Source of the DNA: Geosiphon pyriformis uo1 | Taxonomy: Eukaryota > Fungi > Glomeromycota | NCBI GenBank assembly: GCA_016748015.1 | Contig: JAAOMT010000512.1 | Location: 1,212,719 to 1,276,718, forward strand | Length of the DNA: 64,000 bases | Reading direction: 5' to 3' | Shown: in pieces, positions 24,351 through 37,609 of the stretch | How positions within the stretch are numbered: position 1 is the first letter of the stretch | Layout: the number at the start of each line of letters is the position of its first letter | Translations under genes and position numbers: made by a program | Notes under the pieces: generated by a model | Database searches by the model: none | Told to the model about the DNA's origin: nothing | What the model saw: the letters and a program-made list of their open reading frames with translations, nothing else

Positions 24351-26969
24351 CAGTCATTATCTAATATATAAAATTAAACTAAATAACTCTAACTAAATAC
24401 AATTCAATACTTATTACATATGACCAGTTACTCAAGCCAATTAAAACAACATTATATATTTATATATACTACTAATCTATTATTGATACTTAAAAAAAAA
24501 AGACATAACAAAAACTTACCAAAACTAACTACAAAAGATTTGACAACATCCAGCATACAAACCATTTTATCTGACAAATCCAAACACAAACCAATGTCTA
24601 TATTAGGCACTATTTTATTGTTATTCACTAGTCTAGTCTTCTTAGTCTTAGTCTTAAACTTAGTTCTAACCAACTTTATTTTTCAACAATAAAAATTTAC
24701 CAATTAGCAAAAAAAATTAATCAACACAGATACTGCTTCTCTTTTATTATCATATATTAATACAGTATTCTTGATCTAATTTTTTATAATAAACTTTTTA
24801 CTGAGTATTATGTATATTTCAATATTAGATAAACAGGAAAGAAGAAATTGTATCACAAAAAAAAATTTACTAATTATACTACTAGCCAAAAAAAACCAAA
24901 ACTTAATATGTTTTATAATCAATTTTTTCTGCCAATCTGTATTACTTAAGCACATAAATAAATGATATAAAAACTCCACATTCTTACAGAACAAACAGAA
25001 AATACTCAAATATAACCTGTTATACAATTTCTTGCAAACTGCAACTGGCAGTTTTTTATAAGCAGCTTTCATTATATATGTTCTAAAAACAGCTGTAACT
25101 TTACTAATAAAATTTGCAAACATATAAGAATTGGAATATCATACTTGAGCTGTCTAAATCCAATTGATTTTGTGAATAAGACATTTTGTAATAATATGAA
25201 CACCAGAACTTATCTCTTAATATATATTAGTAATTATTTTATAAATGTCCTTAGTAAAATAATAAGTATTACCAAAAACAGGCAAGCCATTGGCAACCAA
25301 ATGTCTCTTTACTATTCCAACAGAAAATAAATAAAAGGAGTAAGTAACAGTACCAGCCAATTTATTAGTATGCTTATTATCAAAAACACTTAAGTGTTCT
25401 TTAATTTTTAATCAAACAATTTTCAAATTTTTAGCCATTACTAAATTAGCAACATAATGTCTTTTTATTTAGCATTGATTGTAAAAATCCAGTTTAGCCA
25501 AGCCAAGTTCTGAAATACAAGCATCAATAACTGCCTAACTATTAAAATGCAAAACCACAGTACTAAAAGGTAGTACATATTTCAAAGCCAATACAATAGT
25601 TTGTAATTCAGCTATTATTAAGAAAATCATGTTAGAAACATTAATATTAATGTTTCTATTCACATTCAAAAAATATGCAGCTGTTTTATCTGCCATATTT
25701 GGCATGTTTAAATTTTTTAGTAAGTTGTTAGTATATACCTTAAATAAATCTGTCCAAACTTCAAGCAAAAAATCTTTTATTGATTTCAAATTATTCAAAC
25801 TCAAGATATTAAAAAACATTAGACTAGAAACAGCCAAATTACTTTCATTAACAGAATCTGTTCTACTTATAAAACTGAAAGTTGTAATAAACCAAGCTAA
25901 AACAGAACTCTTAAGATCTAATCTTTTCTAATAATAAAATGGTTTCTAAATTATTAGCATTTTTTATTTGTTCAAAAGCCTGTCTTCAAAGACAAATCCA
26001 AAACATTTTAGAAAGACTACCATTTTAAAATACACTATTTTATCCAATATATTAGACATTAGAAATTTGTTAAAACTGTGAAAAGCCTAAAACAAATTGT
26101 TTACAAGAAAAAGTTTATTATTTAAAAACACTCTTATTATATCAGCAAGAAAATTGTTAACAGAATTAATTTTCAATCTAATAGAATGCTGCAGAGAATT
26201 AGCTGACACCCAGTCCAAAACTTGTAAATCCAAAGAATAATAATCAAACAAATAGCCCAGAATGCTCTCCAAGTTCACAAAAGAGACAATCAAAGCCATC
26301 TTATATTCAGTCTATAATTGTTCAAAAAATTTCAAATTATACAACAACAAATAATGCAAAGTCTTATTGAAGAAGTTTTTAAGCAATTTGGTTTTCTGTC
26401 TTAAGCTTTTCCTAATCAAAACATTTTACTTATGGCAAATACCAATTAAAATATAACTGAACTATATATAGAAGTTAACTATAAATTGCAAAACAAATAA
26501 AACTAAATAACAGAACTGTTTATCTAATATAGCTTTTCTTAAAACCACATTTACAAAAAACTTAATATTTGAATGAGTCTTGATCAAATTAGAACTAAAA
26601 AAATCTTCAGTGAAAAGAAAAATCTCCAAGTATTAATGTGACTTACTTTTTTTAGCAATAGAAATAAAACTTTCACAAATACTCAATGAAGCATATTTCA
26701 CTTTCCTATTAATAAGAATGATTATTGTCTTATTATTATTATTAATTGAAATATCATTGATTCTAAAAAACTTGTTGACAATATTTAAAATATACTGAGT
26801 TAAAGCTTGGCTATTTTCTATCCAAATACAGTGAACTTTCTTTATAATCACACCTTTTGGTCAGCACATTTGTGGTGACTATAGAGAGATAGAACTATAA
26901 AAAATGATCAATATCTTATCACATGATTTATATATTACGTGCATAATATAATAACCAATTATATATATT

Positions 26970-28529
26970 TTATTTAAAAAAGCTATCTATTTGCAACTGT
27001 TTTTTCTCTTCTTGAACTTTGAGAACAGTATTACGAATTAATGTTCACAAAGTTTTAAAAAAGTCTGAATCAACTTTTTCACTATACTGCTCTTTACAAT
27101 AGCACAATGTATCTTTAAGTACAATTTTACCTTGATGTGTAGATAGTAAAGGCAAAGATTCATCTTCATTTTCACTTTCTAAATCTTTATTTGCATTAGA
27201 ATTTCCATTATACTTGTTGTTAATAAGATCCACAATTTTATCCTCTGAGGCATAAATAAATAATGGTTCAAACTTGTCAATATTAATGAAATCTATTGCC
27301 AATAGCTTATCAATATCAACATGCTTAATAAGAACTTGTACTTTTTGTAGGAGTTCTTGTTCAATATCTAATAGATGGGTTGGCATTTGACTATTATTCA
27401 GAATTCTTATATAATACTAACAGTTTTAGATTGTAGTTGTTGTTACCACTGATCACGCATCAATTAGAAAGTCAATCACATTCTTTAATATTACTGTTGA
27501 TATTAGAATCTTGCCATTATACTGATTAATAAGATGGAAAAGAAACAACTTTCAGTATTGTGCCTTAAAGAATGCAATAATTCCTGCATCTAATAGTTGC
27601 AAATAGAATGTTATATTGAATGGTAGATATCTAATCATAATATTAGATAATATGAAAGATTTTCTACCATGGGGACCAGTATTATTAAGCAATAGCAAAA
27701 TCTTTTTTTTCTTGTAACACATTTCTTCATTTAATAAATTAAGCCATTCACTAAAAATATCAGTTTGCATTCATGCTTTTGTATTGTAATGATAAGTGAT
27801 TGGAAGTGCATTCATATTAATATTGCGAAAACATCATGGCTTTGCAGCTTTGCCAATAATTAAAGACTGCAACTTGATACTGTCTGTTGTATTACAAACA
27901 AGAAATATGGTAATTTGACTCTTATCACACTTGGTGCCAGAGATAGATCTTGTTGCCAAAGTTGTATTTGGTGGTATTCTAAAGAATAATGCTGTCTCAT
28001 TGGTATTGTAAACATTATTTAGATCATATTCATTAATAATCTCATGCAGTTTCTCTCGTTCCTCTGGTAAAATTTCCAAGGGGGCATTGTTTTGCTTCAC
28101 CATACATCTTAATGTGGTGCAAATTATGATGTTTCTTGAACTTTTTTAACCAACTATCTGATGTTTTAAAGTTATTTTCTTCTGAAAACTTTTCAGCAAA
28201 CTTGAGGGCTTTTGTTTGTAAAATTTTTCCAGTAAGAATGCAGTTGATAGCTAGTGCTCTAAGCATCCATTCTCCCAGTGTATCATTTATCTTTGAAAAC
28301 ATCTCTTTCCTGTCCTTTGTCAATTGACTAGAGTTGCCAGATACATTTTTTTCAATCCATCAGTCTGATTTTGCAAGTATTTTTATTACAGTAGAGCAGT
28401 CAACCTTTAGATTAAATATTTCGATAAGTCTATTTGCTAAGTAGTCAAGATGTTCTAGTTTGTACTGGCAGAGAGCCTTTTTAATCTCTAAGGAGATTAC
28501 TGCTCGCTTTTAGTTCATGTTTTTGCCAT
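26970..28529 (-). pseudogene. Tigger/pogo transposase (CENP-B HTH + DDE), multiple stops/frameshifts
   Basis: FKTSDSWLKKFKKHHNL (FKASxGWL), VYNTNETALF (NxDET), ILLLLNNTGPH (LLLDNxxxH), LQLLDAGII (LQPLDxGII). Confidence 0.9.
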
Positions 28530-28793
28530 GTTAATAAGAATACACTTTTTATTGTATTTTGCTTTTATAATGTATTGATGTATCTATTATGTCTCAAACA
28601 TTATTTTGCCTTATATCTAATCGGATATGTAAGGTGTCTTATGTCATATGAGGTGCTTCAGATTATAAAAAGCGGCCAAATTATAAAAATGAAGGTATTA
28701 ATCCAACTGTAGGATTCTAAGTGCAAATAACAGATTCTTGGTAAAAAGAAACCTAATTTTGATAATATATCTGTGACACTTTTTGCTTCTTAC

Positions 28794-28907
28794 TCCCAAC
28801 TGATAATCAATAATAAAGATTGTCAATTTGATCCTCCACATACTTGCATAATTGCATAGAAGATAGCACAATGTCATGTTGTCAAGCCCTCCAAACACAG
28901 CAACACC
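28794..28907 (-). pseudogene. Captured exon of a PP-loop ATPase (TilS/tRNA-lysidine synthase-like)
   Basis: GVAVFGGLDNMTLCYLL..IIDYQL reverts by C>T/G>A correction to VAVSGGLDSMAL..DHQL; flanked by TAG acceptor and GTAAGA donor. Confidence 0.6.
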
Positions 28908-29029
28908 TATATCAATTGGAATATCAATATAAAATACATTGCACAATGTCAAAGATATTGGAGTGAAAGTCAACTGCAGTTTTTTAAAAAATGTCCTGAT
29001 TATTATAAGTTGTGAAATTTGATATGTAA

Positions 29030-29950
29030 TATATATAGGCATGCAATGGCTTCTGAATTAATGTGGCCATATATTGTTTCTAAGAAAAATTCATCTGTTA
29101 AAGATTACTTAGAATGGGCCCAAAATAAAACAGATCCCAAATTTAGATTAAAGTATGAACAAGTTTTTTTTTATTTACAAGCAATTATTAACTTTTGCAC
29201 TGGAGTTTGTTTTAATAAGTCTTCATTAAAACTCATGGCTAGACAAATGTTTACACCAATTTGGTCTGCTCGGTGTCATCCTATTTACCAATTAATTGAA
29301 ATTGCTGATGAAGAACAATGACTACAATTGAAGCCTAAAGTTTACAAGCTGATTCAAGAAAGAATTGTAATTTCTTGATCTAAACTTTCAAATCAACATC
29401 AAGATCATAATACAATACTTGAAAAAATTAACAAAATGCTCAAATTTTTGATTCCTTCTACACCTTCACAATGGCATTGGAAAATTGCAGTGTGTAACTG
29501 TATCAAATTTGAGAGATTGCGTACTAACCTCTTTAATGTCATTGGATATTCTAAAAGTGAAATATACAGGTCTTGTACACGTTCTAGTTTTATTGCTGAA
29601 ACAAATTGATTTCAAGTTTAGATAAAAAAGACACAGTTTGTAAATCCAAATGTCTCTAATCATGTTTTTTGTGATATTGGCCATGAATGGATATTAAGCA
29701 AAAAAATGAAAAAATTCAGTAAAATTGCACAGATAAAAAGAATAGACTTTCTTAAGGCAAGGCAAATTAAGAAAATATTATTAGGTACTTGGAAACCAAT
29801 TCTAGTAACAAATGAAGAAGCAGATCATTAAAAAATGTTAATCTGTTAATAAAATCACAACTATTACTTATTATTAACTCTCTAATACCTCTTTTAAGTG
29901 ATCATGTTTTTGAAGTTTATCAAGTTAATTGTGTAACAGCCTAATAAATA
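29030..29950 (+). pseudogene. Decayed ORF fragment, possibly an Academ/DUF6589-like transposase C-terminus
   Basis: Relic frame YLQAIINFCTGVCFN..FTPIWSARCHPIYQLIE..NQHQDHNTILEKINKMLK resembles the D..E..N..K block of Academ-type transposases; recognised from memory only. Confidence 0.35.
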
Positions 29951-32900
29951 TCCTTCAAGAAGTTAGAAATATATTGTATTGTGTACAGTTTTGTTTACCT
30001 TGGGTTGGGTGTATTATCATTTATAATTGGCATTTTTAAAACATGATATGTTGAGTCTAAGTTTAAATTTCTATTCTGTGTGATTATGTTTGGATTATGA
30101 AAAGCATTCAACACAGATTTATTTGCCCCAAAAAAGTTGATTTTTAATACATCTTTAAAACTATCAGTCAAACTTTTCCTTACTAATACTAAATATTGGT
30201 TGAATAATAAATATAATTGCTAGTATAAAGCCCTTTTTTAATCGCGGATGTTAAAGTTAGTGTGAAAATATATTTATTGGGTATATATCAGAATCCTTAT
30301 GCTCTGAGTTTTATTACTGGTCATATTTCTCTTCCTAAGGAAAGGTAAATTTGAACTCCGTTCCCAATTGATTTGCTTGAGCAATATCCTATTAACAAAC
30401 TTGTTTTTGGAAGATCCTATTGGGCCATTATTCTTGCTTGTAGGTCTGTTAATTTCTTCTTCCAATATGGAGAAAAAGTAATCTTGTTAGCCAAAGTTTG
30501 ATCCAGAGTAACTTTATCAATACTCGCAACAACAGCCTCCAAAGCACTACCAGTCTTTAAAGCACCACCAGTCTCTAAAGCACCAAGAGCAGCAGTACTG
30601 TACTATATGCCAACTATTATTAAAACTCTCATAATACCTGCAAACAACAAACCAGATATAATAGTTCTGTCATTGTCTTCTGATGGTGGTGGCAGCTTAT
30701 AAAGAAGAGTAATTTAATGTTGTAATATTTAAAAAATTTTGTTTAGTGTTTTACAATCATTTCCAAAAACTTCTCTAATTTTTTTTATTATCATAAAAAG
30801 AATAATTTCCATTGACAATCGGGAAATCTCCCTGACTGTACATGTCCAATTAAATATAAGATAACATCTAATGTTCATATCTAATATTATATAATTATAG
30901 TGTAACTATAGAGAGTGGAAATTACTTATATTCTGCTATCATATTTGTGGAGATAGAGACTATAAGGAGATATATATAGTAAAAGTGACTATAAAAAGAT
31001 AATATTATATATAAATGGTTTTGGTTTTTAAAAAAATGTGATTATAAGAAGATAGTGACTATAACCAAAGGAACTATAGAGAAAGTTTACTGTAATGTTA
31101 TTAACAAAAGCACTTGTTACAAAGAACAATGTTTTTCTTTCTGTATTCTTTATTTTTCTTGTTTTGACTACAAATTTTAAGTCTATTTAGTAACTACACA
31201 AATGTTTATGCCTTTTCACTTTACACAAAAAGAGATCATAAAAAATTCTTCACAAAAAAGGAAAGAAGACTTTACTTTAATTCAATCTATTATATACACA
31301 ATAATCTTTTAAAAAGCCAGAATCAATCATAACTCTGTTTACTTTATTTTGATAAATGTTGTCAAAAAAACTGATAAATCATTTACACATCTTAATATGT
31401 CTTAAGTTGTTTTCCAAATAGTACTAGTCAACTAAGTTATAAGCTTTTTTAAAACCAACCACAGCTTTTTTTTCTTCTTCAATGCATTTTTTATTATTGA
31501 ACCAACTGCAAACACAGAAAACCAAGGCAAAATATTCTTTAATACTGAAAAGTTGTCTCTACAAAAAACATCAGAACTGCCATACACAAAAAAGATTTGG
31601 TCTAAGAGAATTTTCAACAAAATTTTCTTGGCTGTTTTAATTAATGCTATAGACTTTGTATTAGTTAACATATCATTTCAATTATACAGCTTAGGAATCA
31701 TGAAAACTCATGCCCTTTTCCATAAAGTAAAAACTGTTCTATTACTTAAACAAGCATTCAGCAAAACCAAAAGACAAACTATGACTTTAAATTCACAATG
31801 CTTTTACAGCTTATTTGAAATACTAAACAAACTAGCACTCTTTTCATTTGGCAAATCTTTTACAATCCAAACCAACTACTAAAGAGACCAAAGATTTGGC
31901 ATTACTTTAGACACCAACCTCTTTTTTGTTCAGCTTTCTATTATTGCATCTACTTTGTCTTTTACCAACTTAGATTCCAAAACCAACTTATTACTTACTA
32001 CTAGATAATCTAATACTATCTTACAAAAAAATTTCTTCAGAATACTCTTAATTATTCGACCTTTATTAGTATAAAATTTTTTATTCTCTTATTTATGATA
32101 TTTTTAATTGTAGTTGTCTTTAAAGCTTCAGATTTCTTATATTTGGCTAACTAATATCTCTTCTTAATAATTGACAAATACCAAAAAACTTCCTTATTTT
32201 TCACTCTATTTTTGAATAAATAAGACAATAAAGCAGATTTACTAACATTTAAATCTGACCAAATTCATTTTAAATAATTAGCTTCAGAAATGTCTTCCAA
32301 AAAAAATGCTCTAACAATCTTTGAAACCAAAATTTTTAATCTGTAAAACCTAAAAAATTGTTTGTTCCTAGTAATATTAGAGTTCTTAAATCATTTTTTA
32401 GAGAAAACTCTGTCTGCTAATATGATTATTATATTCCTTAAAAGATCTTATATTGCATTCAAGTCACTCAACTTATTTGTATTTTAAAACTTATTCTATA
32501 TACATAATATCTTTTTTATTGAACTCTTTTTAAATCAAGTCTATTTTGAATTATCAGTATCTTTAAATCCAAACTTCTATTTGTCTTTGTTAGCTTGTTT
32601 CCAGATGCTATTCAAATATCTATTAAAAAATCTATTCAGACCAAAAAAAACAACAACAGCTGAATGATTAGTATTAAAAAAATTTAAAACATTATTAACT
32701 TCCTGTCTGACTATAGTTAATAAAAGATGTTTACTAATGAAAATGTAATTGATAGTCTTTTTTACATTTTTTGAGTTGCTTTATGTTTAAATTTTAGCTG
32801 TTGAAAAATCTAACAAAGAATTGCACAGACCCAAATCAAAAAATTTTTTGAAGCTAGTACTTTGTTTTATATTATTTTTATTAAAATCATCTCCTAAGAT

Positions 32901-34587
32901 TATATTTATACTTAAGTTAACTGCTTCAACAATGCAAGAGTTTATTTTAAAAGTCTGATTAAACTGCATGCCAGTTAAAATGTCAGTATAAAGATCTATA
33001 ATTATTATTAAAACTTTGTTGTTAAACAACAGATGAATAAAAAAAGACATTTTAGGATTTCAGAAATCTTATATATATGTCAAGTGAGCTCAATATTTAT
33101 TATTATAGCCATTTTCAAGCTTAGATAGCGGAAATTCAAACCAGACACAAAAACTTTTAGATCTGAAAACTTGTCTTTAATCCAAAACCTAGACTGCTTT
33201 CTCAATTTTGTCTCAGTAATTACAGAAACCAAATTGCTTAATTTAATATGCCACTTAACAATGTCATTTTGTTTCACCAAATTATTCATCTCTTTGATAT
33301 TACACATAGCTATCTTCCAAACAAACTTACTTATTAAGTGGAAAAGTTAACAAAAAAAACTAAGCCAGCATACAACTGATCCAATCTTGCTAGAATTAAA
33401 CTGACTGAAATCTCAAAAATAGCTATCTTTAATTTTAAGCCATCTACCTTAGTGGTCAAAACTTTTGAACTGCTTAAACTTAAATTTACAGTCTTATTAC
33501 TTACAATCAAGAGAGAAAAAATAAAAAAAACTTGCAAATTATCCAAAACCAAACTTATATCCAAATCTGAATTCAAAGGCACAATTACAGCAAAAGAAAA
33601 AGATTGAGAAATAGATGTCAGAGACATCAAGTTAATCATGCTCAGCTTTCTCACAATACTTAATACTTAATTGCTTTAAAAAGCATTCTAGAAAAGCCAA
33701 ATGATCATTAATTGAGGAACTATTTTAAACAACCAGCTTGCTTTTTTTATTATTTGAAACACCAGAAAAAAGAGAACCAAGATTAGAACCAAAACAAGTA
33801 TTATCAAAAAAAGCAGCAAATGAAACCACTTAAGCCCAAGATTTGTCACCAAAGACAGCAAAACAAAATATTAGAACACTTTTTTTAGCATACAACTTAG
33901 TTAGCTAAAAACAATTTTCATTTAAAACAAATTTTTTAAACACTTTTAGAAGAGAAGAGACAAAAACACCAGATGTGTCATACTCTAAAGCAAAATGTTC
34001 AAAGCATCCATACTTTTTACACCAAACCAAATTTATTCTAGTCCAAAAAAGTTTTACACCACCCAAAATTGGCTTTATATAAAAGACAAACTCCAATTTC
34101 TCATCTGATTCAAAACCAATTACAGTACAACAAATCCAGTTGTCAGTATTAAATAAACAATTAATAATATACATTTTCTTACCAGCCTTTTTTAAAAGAG
34201 TATTCAAATTATAAGCTGTTATTTTTACAGATAAGGTAAACAAAAATGCCTAAACTGATCTCTAGATTTTCAAATCCTATAATCTTCAACATTCTTGGCA
34301 ATGTGCATTAAATCTTTCCTAATAGGGAATAATCACCTGACTACTAATTGATCTGTCTAACTTGATTTAACAAATTCTACTACAATCTTTTGCCACAGCC
34401 CAATTAATTGCAAACAGATCGACTTAATTTGTCTAAACTCAAAAACTACAGCAACAATTATTTTTTTTGGCATATTCATGGGAATTTTTTTGATTATTAC
34501 AATCCAATTTGAGCAAATTTTTTGTCTTTTAAGATCACTATTTATAATAATTTCTTTTTCTTTGATTAATAAAATAGTCTTTTCTAT

Positions 34588-35324
34588 TGTTATAGGTTGG
34601 AGTAACAAGCTAATAGATAGCAAGGGAGAACAGGATTGTAAGGTGATGGAAATAATTAAAGAGATTTCAACTTCAAAAAGCAAATTGAATAAGTATAAAT
34701 TCAATGTGTGAGATCAGTCTCATAAAATATCTTAGTCACTATTCTTTTCAAAAGGTAACTGGAGAATCTGAAGGTAGAGAAATAGTCCATACTGTCAATA
34801 AATAATCATACTTGATATAATTCTATGCCTCACATTAGTGCTTTTAGAATTTAATATCAAGTATCAGATGTGCTCTTCAGTCACGTTTTATTCAATAATT
34901 TTCAAATGCTATACTTATACATTTCAGAAAAAGGATAAGAATTAACCAACAAGTAATTTTTTATCCCAAGATGTTCAGATACTTGAAGGTAGAGAAAGAA
35001 AAATTAGTGATAAGAGAATGATTGAGATAAAAGTTGTTATTTTATTTATTCTTGATTATTTTGAACATGTTTTTCTACAGTTAAGAAATTCATCACTTAT
35101 ATAGCTGTCAAAAAATGGTCAATGATCAGATCAATGACTAAGTTAATAATTAGGTCAATGGTTAAGTTAATAATCAGGTTATTGATCAGGTCAATGATTA
35201 GGTCAATGGTCAGGTTATTGATCAGATCAATGATTACTATTTAAAAATAGTGTGGCTAATTTATATGACATCAATGGCTAATACATGTGATAATTAATAA
35301 GAAGTATAAGTTTCAACTGTAACA
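34588..35324 (-). repeat. 3' LTR of E0
   Basis: Termini TGTTATAG...CTGTAACA; abuts a PPT (GGAAAGGA on minus strand); LINE ORF1 homology stops at 34587. Confidence 0.7.
35117..35236. repeat. 12-bp tandem repeat (GGTCAATGATCA-like, ~10 units) in the E0 LTR
   Basis: Visible 12-bp periodicity; unit variants are mostly transitions. Confidence 0.85.
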
Positions 35325-37609
35325 TTATCCTTTCCAAAGAGATTAAGCTCTGGTAAAATCAAGCTATTTATAAGGTAATCTATTTAAAGGATTTTATCTA
35401 ACTCAAAGCTAACTAGTTTGTTGAAGTTTTTTGTGGATAAAGTATATAATACTTAAGGCGAAATGAGTTTTGTATTCAAGAGACCAAATATTTGTATTAG
35501 AGTTTTGGCTCTTCTAACAATAGTTAAAACTCTTGAAACATCTAATCATATAATGCCCAAAATTTCTGCCTGTATCTCTGAAGTTGTTTTTTTCATGAGT
35601 TTCATATTCTCTATAATTTCATCAAGGCAACCATAGAGTTCTAATTGCCTTTTATATGACAAATTTTTTCTATAAGTAAAATTTCTTGAAGTGTTTTTCC
35701 AATTGTATTAAAAGGTGGGAATATAGCTGTTATTATACTTTCCAACAGATATTTATCTATTTTACTACCAATTTTTTCTCTTCTAGTAGTAGTTTTCTTT
35801 GGTTTAATAACAGTATGTATTCCATTATTATCAGTTATAGTGGTTTGTTTTTCAATGGTCAAAGTAGCATTTGGATAGTTTTTGATCCAATACTCATGGA
35901 GAATATAGAAAGCATTTTGAATGTTTTAATCCAGAAAATAATTGTTTATGTTGATTGAAGATACCTCTGTTTTGGGAATAGTGCATTTATTTATACTTGA
36001 TTTTTGTTGATTATTTGAGTTGGTATTACTATAACAAGCAGCCAATTAGGTCATTTATGATATTGCTTGAGTTATGTACCATGAACAAGATGATCATTGA
36101 AGATTGTTCTGAATTGATCTTGAAAAATATAAGAACTATTGTTCAAAACTTTGTTGACTATAAAAAGTCTTTTCTACTGGCTAGAAAATTTATTACCATA
36201 GACATTGTCTCTGTCTGAACAATATTTCAATACCAAGTTACCAACACTTAAAAAAAGTGTTTTATAGGTTTTTTTTTTCTTAAGCTTTTCTTGGAACTGT
36301 TTTATCTTTTCAAAAGCAATTATTCGTGCTTCTACTAAGGAGTTAAAAATGGTACCAAGTCTTTTTTGCAAAATGTTTTTGTAATTTCCTATTGTGATCT
36401 TTTCAAAGGATATTGTTTCAATATCAGTTTCTATTGGTAGTGTTGCCATGTGTTTGTAAAGCAGATAAAAAGATTTATAACTTGTTATGTCATGATTCAC
36501 AGTTTTATAAGCAAACAAAGCTAAAGACAGTACTTTGTTCCATAAGTTTGTTTCTTCACTGGTTTTGGCTAGGGTTTCACATAGTGTTCTATTAAAACGT
36601 TCTACTAGGCTATTTGTTTAGAAATGATAAGGAAAAAAAAGTTTATGATGTATTCCCATTTTTCTACAAAGTTCTTCAACCAGTATACTGAGAAAAGCTC
36701 TTTCTCTATTAGATAAAAGTTCTTTGAAGCAGCCATGATGGCAAATGATATCTTTATAAATGAAATTGGTTATTAAGACTGCTGTTTAGTCTAAAGTGGC
36801 TCTTGTTTTTACCCATTTTGTAAGATAGTTGGTAGCTGTAATAATGTATCTGTTGCCATTAGGAGTTATTGTTAAAGGTCCAACAACATCTATACCAATT
36901 CTGTCAAATGGTTGACCAACAAAGATTGGATAGATATCTTCTTTGCGATTGAGTTTGCCTCTTCTTTGGTAGATGTCACAGGTTTTGATGTATTCAGCAA
37001 TGTCTTTTCCCAAAGTAGGCCAATAATAACAAGCTAAAGATTTCTGAATTGTCTTTGTTTTTCCAAAGTGTCCAGCTAATAGGTCAGTATGCATGTTGTA
37101 TATTACAATTTCTCTTTCTTCAAATCTGATGACTCTTTGGAAGTGGTCAGAATCTTTTCTGTTTCTTTTGTATAATTGGTTTTGGCAGATCAAATAGAAA
37201 TTTGATTGTTTTCACAAATGTTCTCTTTGCTGTTGAGTGTATTCTGGTGGTTATTGTTTTTTACCCAAAAATTTTATTAAGACAGAGTAGTTGTCCAAGT
37301 TTATTATTGTGTTTGTTTGTGAAGGAGTTACTAATAATTAAGTTGGTTTGGTTTAAGAGGTTGTACTATTACTGGATAGTAAGTCTAGAGAGAATGTCAG
37401 CATTTTGATGATTTGCTTCTTTATGGTGTTGAATATTATAGTCGAATTCATCCAAGTGAAGTATCCAGTGAGTTATTCATTTGTGTTCCAGCTTTTTTTT
37501 ATTGTGCAGCCAAACCAAAGCTTAATGATCTGTTACTACTAAGAATTTTGCACCAAAAAAATATTGATCCCAGTAGCTAGTAGCCCAAACTACTGCTAGA
37601 CATTCTTGT

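Larger units (their letters stand above)
26829..31092 (-). mobile_element. pogo/Tigger (Tc1/mariner superfamily) DNA transposon with internal captured sequence
   Basis: TA target duplication (26827-26828, 31093-31094); TIRs CAGTGAACTTTCTTTATA.. and ..TATAGAGAAAGTTTACTG; subterminal GTGACTATA-like repeats at both ends. Confidence 0.9.
24420..34587 (-). mobile_element. Decayed non-LTR retrotransposon (LINE; ORF1 + APE-RT-RNase H-CCHC ORF2), interrupted by a pogo element and cut in ORF1 by LTR element E0
   Basis: ORF1 relics 33334-34587; APE (CNIKEMNN..ITETKL, ILGDDFN) 32700-33320; RT (TNTKSIALI; AFVNNI|IWI = eroded FVDDTIW); RNase H (VYTNNLL..AELQTI..LHFNS) 25535-25837; CxxC..H..C near 24970; ORF2 ends 24452. 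Confidence 0.85.
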
